From Candidatus Zhuqueibacterota bacterium (GTDB lineage: Bacteria; Zhuqueibacterota; Zhuqueibacteria; Thermofontimicrobiales; Thermofontimicrobiaceae): DNA of 64,000 nt. Location: the NCBI GenBank assembly GCA_049322915.1, contig JBMOPW010000036.1, positions 32,001 through 96,000 of the forward strand, given 5' to 3'. Shown piece by piece: positions 40,874-50,754 of the stretch. The notes under the pieces were generated by a model. That model made no database searches. It had not been told where the DNA came from and worked only from the letters and a program-made list of their open reading frames with translations. A program made the position numbers and the translations under genes. The number at the start of each line of letters is the position of its first letter. The first letter of the stretch is position 1.

Positions 40874-42361
40874 ATGACAGGTGTGACAAAAATATTGGTG
40901 GTGGATGACGAACGCGGCATTCGCGAGGGTTGCCGGCGTATCCTTTCCGATGATGGATACACCGTAGAGACTGCCAGCGACGGCAAAGAGGCGTTGGAAT
41001 TGATCAAGCAGGGGAAATACGATTTGCTGCTGGTCGATTTGATGATGCCGGTCATGGGCGGGCTGGAGTTGATGGACGAAGTGGCCCGGATGAAGATGGA
41101 AATCAATATTATCGTGATCACCGGCTTTGCGACCGTTGAAACCGCAGTGGACGCCATGAAACACGGCGCTTACGATTATCTGCCCAAACCATTTTCGCCG
41201 GATCAATTGTTAGCTGTGGTCAAACGCGCCATGGATAATTTCCGCCTGCGCATTCAGGCTCGGGAATTGATGGAGGAACGGGATCGACGCCTGCTGGAAG
41301 TGGCCAATGAAAAATCGAAAATTCGCGCCATCGTCAACTCCATGGCCGACGCGGTGATTGTGATGAACCGCGACCATCAACTGGTGCTGTGGAATCCGGC
41401 TGCCATTCGGTTTTTGAGCCTGAGCCAAAGTCTCGAGGCCGGCAAAGATATCAATCTCGTGCTGCCCGAGGGACTGGTCAAAATCATTTATCGGGCGCTG
41501 GAACCGGAAGCGGTTCGCTACACCTCCATTTCCGAAGAAATCGAATTGGGATCGCCGGAACCGAAAATGTTTTTAGCCAATATCTCTGTCGTGCGGGACG
41601 AGAGCGCCGAAATGCTGGGGGTGGTGACCATCCTCAACGATATTACCAAGCTCAAAGAAATTGACAAAATCAAATCTCAGTTCGTATCCATGGTCGCCCA
41701 CGAACTGCGCGCGCCATTGTCCGCCATCGAGAGCTATCTGGACGCCTATCTGACCAACGCCGCCGGCGAGGATCCGAAGTTCAAGGAGCACATGCTCAAT
41801 CGAGCCAAAGACCGCGCCCATTCGCTGCTCGATTTGGTGAACGATCTGCTTCAAATTTCGCGGCTGGAATCAATGCGCGTGGCGCGTAAGAAAGAGCCGC
41901 TGGACATTTCAATCATTCTCGACAATACGATTGACCTGCTGAGCCCGCAGGCGAATCAGCGGAATATCAAAATCGAAAAAAAATTTTCAGCGCCCTGTCA
42001 ATTCATTGAGGCCGACCGCGCAGAGATGGAACAATTGTTCACGAATCTCATTTCAAATGCAATTAAATACAATGTCGAAAACGGACAGGTGGTTGTCCGC
42101 TGCTCCGTCGTACAAAATTTTCTGGAAGTCGTGATCGAAGATACAGGGATTGGCATCGACGCGGAACACATGGAGGATATTTTCGATGATTTCTTCCGCG
42201 TCATTCGACCGGAGACCCGCTATATTCCCGGCACAGGGTTGGGACTTTCCATCGTGAAAAAGATTCTGGAATCTCACTACGGTCGCATCAACGTGAAAAG
42301 CAAATTGAATGAAGGAACCCGATTTACCCTGACGTTCCCGCTCAAGGGCACGATTGATTGA
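40874..42361 (+). CDS. REC-PAS-HisKA-HATPase hybrid kinase
   Basis: VVDDE, DLMMP, NSMADAV..N, AHELRAPL, NLISNAIKY, GTGLGL. Confidence 0.92.
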   Translation: MTGVTKILVVDDERGIREGCRRILSDDGYTVETASDGKEALELIKQGKYDLLLVDLMMPVMGGLELMDEVARMKMEINIIVITGFATVETAVDAMKHGAYDYLPKPFSPDQLLAVVKRAMDNFRLRIQARELMEERDRRLLEVANEKSKIRAIVNSMADAVIVMNRDHQLVLWNPAAIRFLSLSQSLEAGKDINLVLPEGLVKIIYRALEPEAVRYTSISEEIELGSPEPKMFLANISVVRDESAEMLGVVTILNDITKLKEIDKIKSQFVSMVAHELRAPLSAIESYLDAYLTNAAGEDPKFKEHMLNRAKDRAHSLLDLVNDLLQISRLESMRVARKKEPLDISIILDNTIDLLSPQANQRNIKIEKKFSAPCQFIEADRAEMEQLFTNLISNAIKYNVENGQVVVRCSVVQNFLEVVIEDTGIGIDAEHMEDIFDDFFRVIRPETRYIPGTGLGLSIVKKILESHYGRINVKSKLNEGTRFTLTFPLKGTID

Positions 42362-42441
42362 GCTTTCGCTGCCGGAATGGATCTCAGTTCGACCTGAGAC
42401 AACAGAGACCGGGATGGACCCACTGTGACGACTGATTCAAA

Positions 42442-42562
42442 GTAACCGGTAACAGGTTCAGGGATCAGCGTTCCCTGATGGGTTTTGGATATGGTTGCGC
42501 GAAACATTTTTTTACGTTATCATGAGTCTTTAACCCTGAACAATGAACCTGTGAACGGTTAC
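42442..42562. mobile_element. GTAAC-ended short palindromic element, copy B
   Basis: TIR GTAACCG..ACAGGTTCA / TGAACCTGTGAACGGTTAC; flanks GATTCAAA / GATTTAAA (7 of 8 identical); core shared with 9158..9305. Confidence 0.8.
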
Positions 42563-42609
42563 GATTTAAAAAACATAAAGCTAACATCCATTATTCCGAG
42601 GAAAATATT

Positions 42610-44868
42610 GTGACCACTCAGAGAAAACATAATGAAATTGTCGAAAGAAAACAGTTAGCACCCTCGCTTGTGCTATACAAACTCTACACGCCGGAAGTGG
42701 CAACCCGGGTGAAACCGGGGCAGTTTGTAGTATTACGAGCTGATGATTATGCCGAACGAATTCCATTGACCGTGGCCGATTTCGATCGGGATGAAGGACT
42801 GATCACGGTCATTTTTCAGGAAGTTGGTTCCTCCACGCGGAAGCTGGGCAAGTACCAGCAGGGCGATGCTATCCTGGATGTTGTTGGACCTCTGGGCAGA
42901 GCGAGCCATATTGAAAAATTCGGGACGGTTGTCTGCATCGGCGGCGGCGTCGGCGTAGCTCCTGTTTATCCCATTGCCAAGGCGCTGCACCAGGCCGGGA
43001 ATAACGTCATTTCCATCATTGGCGCGCGCAATCGCGATATGCTGATTCTGGAGGAAGAGATGAAGGCCATCAGCAGTCAACTGCTGGTGACCACGGACGA
43101 CGGTTCTTACGGCCATCATGGATTTGTAACCGATGAATTGAAGCGCTTGATTCAGGAGAAACAGACAATCGATCAGGTTGTGGCTATTGGCCCGATTGTG
43201 ATGATGCGCGCTGTTTCCGAAGTGACGCGGCCGCATGGCATCAAAACGATCGTCAGTTTGAATTCGATCATGGTGGATGGAACCGGCATGTGCGGCGGTT
43301 GTCGCGCAACCATTGGCAGCGAGACAAAATTTGTCTGCGTCGATGGGCCGGAATTTGATGGCCATCAGGTCAAATTCGATGAACTCCTGTCTCGCGCCAA
43401 TATGTACGAGCGCGAGGAGCATCGGGCGTTGTGGCATTTTCAGTGCAAATTGCAGGCTGAAGAAGAAGCGCTGATGAAGGCGAAAACGCGAGTTCCCATG
43501 CCCTTGCAGGACCCGAAAATCAGAGTACAAAATTTCAGTGAAGTGGCGCTGGGCTATTCCCGTGAAGATGCCCGTCGCGAGGCCGCTCGGTGTTTGCAGT
43601 GCAAAAAACAGCCCTGTGTGGATGGTTGCCCGGTCGGCATTGATATTCCCAAATTCATCGCCAAAATAAAAGAAGGCGATTACATGGGCGCCATTCATAA
43701 GATAAAAGAGACGAATAGCCTGCCGGCAGTGTGCGGCCGGGTATGCCCCCAGGAAGAGCAATGTGAGAAGGTCTGCGTGCTGGCGAAAAAAGGTCAGCCT
43801 ATCGCCATCGGCCGATTGGAACGGTTTGCTGCGGACTATGAATTTTCCCAGGGTGAGATAACAGTTCCGGCAAAACCAGAACCTACCGGCAGACGGGTGG
43901 CCGTTGTTGGCGCCGGCCCGGCAGGATTGACAGTCGCCGGCGAATTGGCTAAAAAAGGCCATGCGGTGACGGTGTTCGAAGCGTTGCACAAAGCCGGCGG
44001 CGTGCTCGTGTACGGCATTCCGGAATTCCGCTTGCCGAAGAGCATCGTTCAGACCGAGGTTGACTACGTTCGAAAGTTGGGCGTCGAAATAGAGACCAAT
44101 ATGATCGTGGGACAGGCGTTCAGCGTGGATGAATTGTTCCGGCAGGGGTATGATGCAGTGTTTGTTGGCACCGGCGCCGGATTGCCGTATTTTCTCGGCG
44201 TGCCGGGTGAGAATCTGAACGGGGTCTATTCTGCCAATGAATTTTTGACGCGCGCCAATTTGATGAAAGCCTACCAATTCCCGGAATACGATACCCCGGT
44301 GAAAGTAGCGGAGCGGGTTGCTGTCGTCGGCGGCGGCAATGTGGCCATGGATGCGGCCCGCGTCGCGAAACGTCTTGGCGGAGAGCATGTGTACCTGGTG
44401 TATCGGCGGTCGCGGACAGAACTGCCGGCCAGGGAAGAAGAAGTTGTAAATGCCGAGGAAGAGGGCATTGAATTCACCCTGCTCACCAATCCCGTGCGCA
44501 TAATCGGCGATGAAAAGGGCTGGGTGAAGGGCATCGAATGTTTGCGCATGGAGCTTGGCGAACCGGATGCCTCCGGCCGCAGACGCCCGGTGCCGGTCGC
44601 TGGTTCCGAGTTCATCATCGATGTCGAAGTGATTGTCGTGGCCATTGGCCAGGGTCCGAATCCTCTGCTGACGCGCAACACGCAAGGCCTGGACCTGAAT
44701 AAATGGGGCAACATCGTCGCGGACGAAGCGACAGGCAAAACCACGAAGAAAGGCGTCTTCGCCGGCGGGGACATTGTCACCGGCGCGGCAACGGTCATTT
44801 TGGCCATGGGCGCCGGCAAGAAAGCCGCGGCAGCGATGGATCAGTATTTGCGGGATGGGGTGTGGTAG
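42610..44868 (+). CDS. nfnAB: Fused NfnA-NfnB electron-bifurcating transhydrogenase (SudB/SudA-like)
   Basis: PGQF, ERIPLT, MVDGTGMCGGCR...CVDGPEF followed by RCLQCK..CVDGCP, CGRVCPQE.QCE, GAGPAG, GGGNVAMD, AGGD. Confidence 0.88.
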   Translation: MTTQRKHNEIVERKQLAPSLVLYKLYTPEVATRVKPGQFVVLRADDYAERIPLTVADFDRDEGLITVIFQEVGSSTRKLGKYQQGDAILDVVGPLGRASHIEKFGTVVCIGGGVGVAPVYPIAKALHQAGNNVISIIGARNRDMLILEEEMKAISSQLLVTTDDGSYGHHGFVTDELKRLIQEKQTIDQVVAIGPIVMMRAVSEVTRPHGIKTIVSLNSIMVDGTGMCGGCRATIGSETKFVCVDGPEFDGHQVKFDELLSRANMYEREEHRALWHFQCKLQAEEEALMKAKTRVPMPLQDPKIRVQNFSEVALGYSREDARREAARCLQCKKQPCVDGCPVGIDIPKFIAKIKEGDYMGAIHKIKETNSLPAVCGRVCPQEEQCEKVCVLAKKGQPIAIGRLERFAADYEFSQGEITVPAKPEPTGRRVAVVGAGPAGLTVAGELAKKGHAVTVFEALHKAGGVLVYGIPEFRLPKSIVQTEVDYVRKLGVEIETNMIVGQAFSVDELFRQGYDAVFVGTGAGLPYFLGVPGENLNGVYSANEFLTRANLMKAYQFPEYDTPVKVAERVAVVGGGNVAMDAARVAKRLGGEHVYLVYRRSRTELPAREEEVVNAEEEGIEFTLLTNPVRIIGDEKGWVKGIECLRMELGEPDASGRRRPVPVAGSEFIIDVEVIVVAIGQGPNPLLTRNTQGLDLNKWGNIVADEATGKTTKKGVFAGGDIVTGAATVILAMGAGKKAAAAMDQYLRDGVW

Positions 44869-44901
44869 GATTTAATTCGATTATTAAAATGTTGAAATGA
44901 G

Positions 44902-44943
44902 AAACGGAAACAATAGACATACTATTTGTTGTTTCCGTTTTTT
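44902..44943. terminator. Probable bidirectional terminator between convergent genes
   Basis: AAACGGAAACAA / TTGTTTCCGTTT stem with T run. Confidence 0.65.
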
Positions 44944-44999
44944 GTTACGAGGATTCAAATGATTGGAGGCAGTGAAAAACACCCACAAATTAAATTTTG

Positions 45000-45641
45000 C
45001 TACATCTGCGGGACAAAAGATTGGTTCAATTGAAGTCTATAATATCCATCCTCTTGGTAGTATTTAACATCACCTGTAATACTCAACTGAAATATGTGAT
45101 TCCCTGGGGAAAAAATGTAACAAATGCTATTGTCGGGTAAAATAGTCATGGGTTCAAAAGGACCACCATCAATGGATATTTGCCATTGCAATCCAATATT
45201 GAGCCATCCGTTCCCATAATCATCACCGAAGATATCATTTACTAAATATAAGTTGGGCAAGGAACCAGGAATGGGTTCAATAGCAGATAGCGTCCATATT
45301 TCCGCGCAATTTGAGTTAATTGTCCCATTGAGGATGATGTCTATGGGCGAGGAATCGGCGACTCTGTGAATTTGACAACTTGTCCAGTCGAGACTCAGTT
45401 CGAGAGAAATATCAGATTCTGTTGAGTTGTAATCATTCATTCTTACATTTTTTGGCAGATTTTTTTTATTATTACTATTTGGGATAAGTCGATGTAACTT
45501 ATTAGGCTGAATAGCATCTTTCTCAATCAGATTTTTGGGTGGTTTTGTAGGTCGTGTTAATTTTTGTTGTGCAGGGGAAGAATTTATCAATGATATTAAC
45601 GCAATACAGACTATTGAACTGATTTTAATAATTTTTTTCAT
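45000..45641 (-). CDS. Secreted hypothetical protein, paralog of 47449..48171 (putative minor subunit)
   Basis: Signal peptide; shared motifs QxHR, GTxxSN, LxxLY...DxxG, DGYYxL. Confidence 0.7.
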   Translation of the reverse strand: MKKIIKISSIVCIALISLINSSPAQQKLTRPTKPPKNLIEKDAIQPNKLHRLIPNSNNKKNLPKNVRMNDYNSTESDISLELSLDWTSCQIHRVADSSPIDIILNGTINSNCAEIWTLSAIEPIPGSLPNLYLVNDIFGDDYGNGWLNIGLQWQISIDGGPFEPMTILPDNSICYIFSPGNHIFQLSITGDVKYYQEDGYYRLQLNQSFVPQM

Positions 45642-45691
45642 AATTGAATTTCTACAGTTTATTTATCTTTGATTTAAATAATCTTCAGATT

Positions 45692-47383
45692 TTATTTGAT
45701 AGAAACCAACTGGTATGTCATATTTGGCTTTAGGTTTTCATGATAATAAATACTCAAAATTATTCGATACTTTCCTGGTTTAAGATTAGGAAAGGCAACC
45801 TGAAATTTTCTATCATTATTGGGCAGAAGATAACTGAATTTATCTCCGAACTCTTTTGCCTGATCAACGCGATCAAATACGCCAGGCGCCAGTTCCTTTT
45901 CCAAAATTATATTTCCACTCGCATAAGAATGAATGTTGCCCATATTCCTGGCGGTAAATTCGAAGATGTGCAAAGCAGCCGACTGATTGCTTTCTTTTCT
46001 GACTAATATTGTATCTACTTCTATATCATATTTCAAGTCCTGCTTGGTAGATAGCGCTAACAATTGCGTTCGAGATGCTAAAAATTCAGTCGGCAGATTT
46101 TTGGGTATATTCTCCTGATCAAAAATAATTGCCCCGTAAAATGCGCCATCAATTTTTTCAGGTGAAATAATATTCAATTTGAGGGCTTGAGATTTTCCAG
46201 GATAGATCTCTACATTTTGATCAGACAATGTAATCCAATCTACGCATGATCTTTTTTGTATCTTCTTATCTGAAGATAAGATCGGTTGACTATAACTATC
46301 CAGGTTCCACTCCATTTTTCGTGGATGGAGATATAATGTATCTTTTGATGTGTTTTGTATTTGAATGGCGATATAAGTTTTTCCCCCTGGTGTAATTGAT
46401 TTTTGTAGAAATGGATGTCGTATGAGAAATCCTGGTGATGAGGCGCGAATCAACTTTTCCAAATCATCGGATAATGCACCAGGATATGCCTTGCCCTGAT
46501 AAACCGCGAACGGGAAGTTTTTTGACATTCCTGGGCATTCAGGTATTTGAAGCGATATTCGCATCAAATAGTATCCGTCTGAAAGAGCATTTTGTCCTTC
46601 TGCATAAAAGTTACGTACTTTTCCGGGAAGGAGATAACCTTTTCCTGCCAGCATAGGGCTTGACTCTATATGAGTCCCAATTTCACTCCAAAAACTTACT
46701 CTGCCTGTTACTTTTGTGTGTATATTCCCTTTATTGCTTACAGGCATGATAACCTCCCAACCGTTTTTCGCGTTTGGATTAAATATCGGGACAGATGTAT
46801 CAGCATTTTTTTGACCTTTTGGAAAAACGAACAACGTGTCGGGCGTAATAATCGGTTTATTTCTACTTGAAGGGACCGTTAACAATAATACTACTCTAGC
46901 TTTGCTTTTCAGAGCAATAGCAGATCCTTTTAAATCGACTTTTTCAGATTGAAATGGAATATCAATTCCCTCAAAACTCCCCTCGATCAAAGCGTAATAA
47001 CCACCCTCAGCGTCCCTGGGGACATCAATGGTACCGCACAACTCGATCGTTTCATGCGCATTAATTATTGTGTCCCTCGGCGAAATTTTTATCCAGGAAC
47101 CACATCCGCGAGTGTAGCTGCTATCGGCAATGAATGGTTTGCCGTCAGGGGTTAGATCCATATTGTACACTGCAAATTTAGCAGGTGCGATATTATCGCC
47201 GACATTTACAACCGTAAAAGTGAATTTTCCTTGTTGACCACGAAATGTTTTTGTTTCTTGAATTGGGGGAATTATTTGTACAACAGACTGAGCCTGTAGT
47301 TCTAAAGTATAAAGTACGATTGAAATCAATATAAATAGTATCGATTTACATCTGATTTGTTTGATGGATTGAAAGTTATACAT
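45692..47383 (-). CDS. Secreted tandem PapD/DUF916-like Ig-fold chaperone
   Basis: Signal peptide; two internal repeats each with C..WI, GxY/FYxxI, NxGNIH and YLLP..xRxF. Confidence 0.65.
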   Translation of the reverse strand: MYNFQSIKQIRCKSILFILISIVLYTLELQAQSVVQIIPPIQETKTFRGQQGKFTFTVVNVGDNIAPAKFAVYNMDLTPDGKPFIADSSYTRGCGSWIKISPRDTIINAHETIELCGTIDVPRDAEGGYYALIEGSFEGIDIPFQSEKVDLKGSAIALKSKARVVLLLTVPSSRNKPIITPDTLFVFPKGQKNADTSVPIFNPNAKNGWEVIMPVSNKGNIHTKVTGRVSFWSEIGTHIESSPMLAGKGYLLPGKVRNFYAEGQNALSDGYYLMRISLQIPECPGMSKNFPFAVYQGKAYPGALSDDLEKLIRASSPGFLIRHPFLQKSITPGGKTYIAIQIQNTSKDTLYLHPRKMEWNLDSYSQPILSSDKKIQKRSCVDWITLSDQNVEIYPGKSQALKLNIISPEKIDGAFYGAIIFDQENIPKNLPTEFLASRTQLLALSTKQDLKYDIEVDTILVRKESNQSAALHIFEFTARNMGNIHSYASGNIILEKELAPGVFDRVDQAKEFGDKFSYLLPNNDRKFQVAFPNLKPGKYRIILSIYYHENLKPNMTYQLVSIK

Positions 47384-47404
47384 TTTTTTCTCTTATTTGT
47401 AATG

Positions 47405-47440
47405 AAAAAATTCAGCCAGCTGGGCTCTGGCTGATTTTTA
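47405..47440 (-). terminator. Rho-independent terminator after 47449..48171
   Basis: TCAGCCAG / CTGGCTGA stem with T run on the minus strand. Confidence 0.7.
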
Positions 47441-47448
47441 TCAATGAT

Positions 47449-48171
47449 TTATAAGCTCGGAGATGGGCACCCTGCCATAGTTAATGAATAATATCCATCG
47501 GCCTCATGATAGATTAAATTAAAAGTGCCACGGAATTGATACCAATGGTCACAAGGTTGATCTATTAAAAAAGTAATTTCCTGATTAGTTGTTGCAGGAG
47601 TCCATGCTGTAGCAGTTCCACCACCGATAGCTAATCCTGTTCCCCATCGATAATCCCAAGTGATGGGTATATCTCTTGCAGTGTTATTGTTGATCCAGCC
47701 CCTATCTGCGGTTCCAAGAACGTCACGACGAAAATAGAGTTTATCAAGTGGTTGATCGCCAGCTACGAGAGATACAAATAATGGATTATTGCTTTTAAGA
47801 GTACCATCAATTGTGAACGTAATCTCCTCTGCCAGGTTGCCAAGTCGGTGCCATTGATAATGTGTGTATTGATAGGTTTGCACCATATTCATTTCAATCC
47901 ATAATTCCAGCGTGATTTCAGCATAGTCGATATATTGTAAACCACCATCCCAGGAGACAACCCAATCGTTGCCAGTTATAGGATTGCTATGATGGGGGTC
48001 AAATAAAGCAAGACCAGAGCTATAACTACCGGTATAGCTATTCCAATTCGTCGGATTCATACCCCAGCCTTCTTGATAGGTCCCATGAGCAGGTGGTTCC
48101 TGAGCGAATGCAGTGCCGACAAATGCAAAGGCAGCAATCAGCATCATGATGAATGAAAATTTCTTAATCAT
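47449..48171 (-). CDS. Secreted beta-rich hypothetical protein (putative major subunit)
   Basis: AFA signal peptide, strong AAGGGAG RBS, rich in Thr/Gly/Trp/Tyr, C-terminal ADGYYSLTM strand. Confidence 0.75.
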   Translation of the reverse strand: MIKKFSFIMMLIAAFAFVGTAFAQEPPAHGTYQEGWGMNPTNWNSYTGSYSSGLALFDPHHSNPITGNDWVVSWDGGLQYIDYAEITLELWIEMNMVQTYQYTHYQWHRLGNLAEEITFTIDGTLKSNNPLFVSLVAGDQPLDKLYFRRDVLGTADRGWINNNTARDIPITWDYRWGTGLAIGGGTATAWTPATTNQEITFLIDQPCDHWYQFRGTFNLIYHEADGYYSLTMAGCPSPSL

Positions 48172-48350
48172 TGCATTTCTCCCTTAATTAGTTTATATTA
48201 TTATCGTGGATAAAGCCTTCAGCTTTACCACAACCCTCGGGCTGCCGCCTGTATAAGGAGGCAGCCCCTTCCTTTTTTATCCGAAACCTCGGATGATTTA
48301 TCTTTAATACCTCATGTACCCAGCCCGCGAGTTCATTCATCAGAACGAAA

Positions 48351-49976
48351 TCACAGGACATGAGGCGTAATAAAGATCACTAATTCTGACTCGACCTCTT
48401 CTGTTTCTGTTTTTCCGAACAGGTAGCCCAATACTGGAATTTTTCCCAGGACCGGCACTCTGCTTTTATAGGTTTGAGTCTTATTCATTCGGAGCCCGCC
48501 GATCGTGATGGTTTCACCATCTCCGACTCTTACAGTTGTGTTCGCGGATCGTCGACTGATTTCCGGTAATCCATTTGCTCCCTCACCTATGACATCATCT
48601 ATCTGGGGTTTCACACTCACCGTGATGAACCCTGTAGAATCTGCATACGGCGTGATCATCAATTGAATCCCGGATTGTATGGTTTCTAATCGATTCATAT
48701 AACCAAAATAATTTCCTGTTTCACCTGCGGTTATCATAAAATACTGTTCTTTGAGAGACTGAAAAATAGCGGTTCGGCCATTCATAGTTCTTACGCGTGG
48801 CGTCGCCTGAATTTTCACGACACCAGCATCTGACAGCGCCCTCAAGGAGGTCGCGAGATCATAGGCTTTGTCTCCGATTTTTAGAGCTGTCCGCAGATAA
48901 TTCAGTGCGAATAATGGATCTTCTTTCATAGTAGGAATGATGACAAGGGAGGCTTCTTTGTCATTCCAACCGAGGCTGCTTAAACTCCAATCAATCCCGA
49001 GTTTTTGGATATCGGAGGTGTAAAACTGAACAACCACAACTTCTATCTCGATCTGTTTTACCGGGGTATCAATGGATTTTAAATCCTGTTTAATTCTTTT
49101 TGCATAGGAAGGGGGAGCTGTAATGCAAACAGTGTTCGAGCTATTGGTAGCGCGCACAAAAATTCGAAAACTTTCAGGTAGTAATTGAATTGCATCCTGT
49201 GCCATAATATTTGAAAGTTGCAAAATTGATGTTTCACTTAGCGTATTAAAAGATGGGCTATCAAGATCAATGGAACCAACATAATACGTTCCTTTTTTTA
49301 AAATATGTACAAATCCATTTGAGAAAAGGATATCTTCCAATACTTTTAAAAATGGAACTTCATTCACTTCATGGGTTACGATTCCTTGAACTGTATTGTC
49401 CCAAACGATTGGAATGCCAGTTGCTTGTGAAATATCCAGTAAAACCTGGCGAATATCGGTTTCAAACCAGGTGTTCGTGATGAAAATATCTGAATGGTCG
49501 GGAGACACATCTTTTGTTATTTTTTCAGTATTAGTCGAGTCCTGAAAAGTCGGTTTTTGAATTTGTAGAGATGGTTGATTCAAAAAATCTTCAACTCGCT
49601 TTTGAAATGATGAAGCCTCACTATCAGTTAAAGAACTGGATGCTTCAGCCAATTCTAAAGCGACTCGTGCATCTTCATTTTTTCCCATTCCAATTAGTGA
49701 TTTAGCAGCGAGAATATATAATGTTGGGTTATATCTAAAATTTGGATTTATACTTAATAGGTGCTGTATCTGTGAAAGACTCTGAGAAAATAATCCATCT
49801 TCTGTTAAATTCTCGATGTTTCTTATAGAATTTTGGAACAACAAATTTCGTTTAACTTCATTGGGATAGCTGTCCGTTTGCTTTTTCAAGTTATTTATAT
49901 TTGGACTGCAACTAAAAAAAGTAACAATTGAAAAGAATGAGGAGGTAATTAATAAATAACGAAAAGGAATTTTCAT
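48351..49976 (-). CDS. Lipoprotein secretin (GspD/PilQ superfamily) with TPR-like N-terminus
   Basis: Lipobox FFSC; N0-like DIRQVL.DI; KQIEIEV, LGIDW, ATPRV, GIQLMITP, GETITIGGL, VPVLGKIPVLGYLF, ELVIFITP. Confidence 0.92.
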   Translation of the reverse strand: MKIPFRYLLITSSFFSIVTFFSCSPNINNLKKQTDSYPNEVKRNLLFQNSIRNIENLTEDGLFSQSLSQIQHLLSINPNFRYNPTLYILAAKSLIGMGKNEDARVALELAEASSSLTDSEASSFQKRVEDFLNQPSLQIQKPTFQDSTNTEKITKDVSPDHSDIFITNTWFETDIRQVLLDISQATGIPIVWDNTVQGIVTHEVNEVPFLKVLEDILFSNGFVHILKKGTYYVGSIDLDSPSFNTLSETSILQLSNIMAQDAIQLLPESFRIFVRATNSSNTVCITAPPSYAKRIKQDLKSIDTPVKQIEIEVVVVQFYTSDIQKLGIDWSLSSLGWNDKEASLVIIPTMKEDPLFALNYLRTALKIGDKAYDLATSLRALSDAGVVKIQATPRVRTMNGRTAIFQSLKEQYFMITAGETGNYFGYMNRLETIQSGIQLMITPYADSTGFITVSVKPQIDDVIGEGANGLPEISRRSANTTVRVGDGETITIGGLRMNKTQTYKSRVPVLGKIPVLGYLFGKTETEEVESELVIFITPHVL

Positions 49977-50123
49977 AATAACCTGTCATTTGAGAGTTTA
50001 AAATAATTGATATAGTAAACGGAATCTTCAGGGAATTATTAGCTAATGAATTATTATATCGAATCTTAAATGGACCCTGAATCAAAATTTACAATCTTGG
50101 ATACTCTTTTTGATCTATAAATA

Positions 50124-50147
50124 TCAATAGAATAACTATTCTATTGA
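50124..50147. promoter_or_regulatory. Perfect 11-bp inverted repeat upstream of the secretin (operator-like)
   Basis: TCAATAGAATA-AC-TATTCTATTGA. Confidence 0.4.
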
Positions 50148-50302
50148 AACAACATTGTGTAAATATTATAGCTAAAAATAAAGTCGCATCTCAGATCGAG
50201 ACTGTAATAAGATGTCATGATTTCGAAAGTAGTCTGTCAAAGGTAATTTACAAGGAGTGTGGAGTCAGAAAAAATGAGATTTCCCCCTTTGTAGAATAAC
50301 AG

Positions 50303-50659
50303 CTATATTTTTACAATCATATTATGAAAATTTTTCATATCGAAAACAATGGCAGCAATTCCGAGATGGGTATACTCATGAATTTGAAAATTGGCATTTT
50401 CTGGTGCAAGAAGAATTTTTTTTATATCGACATATTTTTTACTATTCAATTTTTTCAGCATTTTTATTAATTTTTCATGATCAGGTAGATTTGAGGACTG
50501 TGGAATCCTGGCTACTAATAGATCAAAATTTTTTTTTTCCATCAACTTAAATGCTGTTTTGAGATTATCTGTCGCTAAAATTTCATGACTCAGGGCAAAT
50601 TTTGTCTGTAGATCGCCGATGAATTTTTGATCACGGTCTATGAGCAAAATTTTTTTCAT
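50303..50659 (-). CDS. Degenerate receiver-domain protein
   Basis: MKKILLIDRD...FDLLVAR; the phospho-acceptor Asp and KP motif are not conserved. Confidence 0.6.
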   Translation of the reverse strand: MKKILLIDRDQKFIGDLQTKFALSHEILATDNLKTAFKLMEKKNFDLLVARIPQSSNLPDHEKLIKMLKKLNSKKYVDIKKILLAPENANFQIHEYTHLGIAAIVFDMKNFHNMIVKI

Positions 50660-50737
50660 AATGGATTTTTGAATGGATATGTTTCATTCTAAGTTCAATT
50701 TGATTTAAGAAAATAAAAGTTGAATTAATTGACATAT

Positions 50738-50754
50738 TTCAAAGATTGTGCCAA
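50738..50754 (-). promoter_or_regulatory. sigma54 (-24/-12) promoter
   Basis: TTGGCACAATCTTTGAA on the minus strand, with an IHF-like site and enhancer-like palindromes upstream. Confidence 0.65.

Noticed and set aside
42610..44868. Glutamate synthase (gltD), and the 650-aa antisense ORF 42733..44685
   Set aside because: No gltB, and the NfnA-type N-terminal fusion points to Nfn; the antisense ORF is a shadow
48351..49976. Canonical T2SS, T4P, Tad or filamentous prophage
   Set aside because: No ATPase, platform protein, prepilins, Zot-like or replication genes in the window
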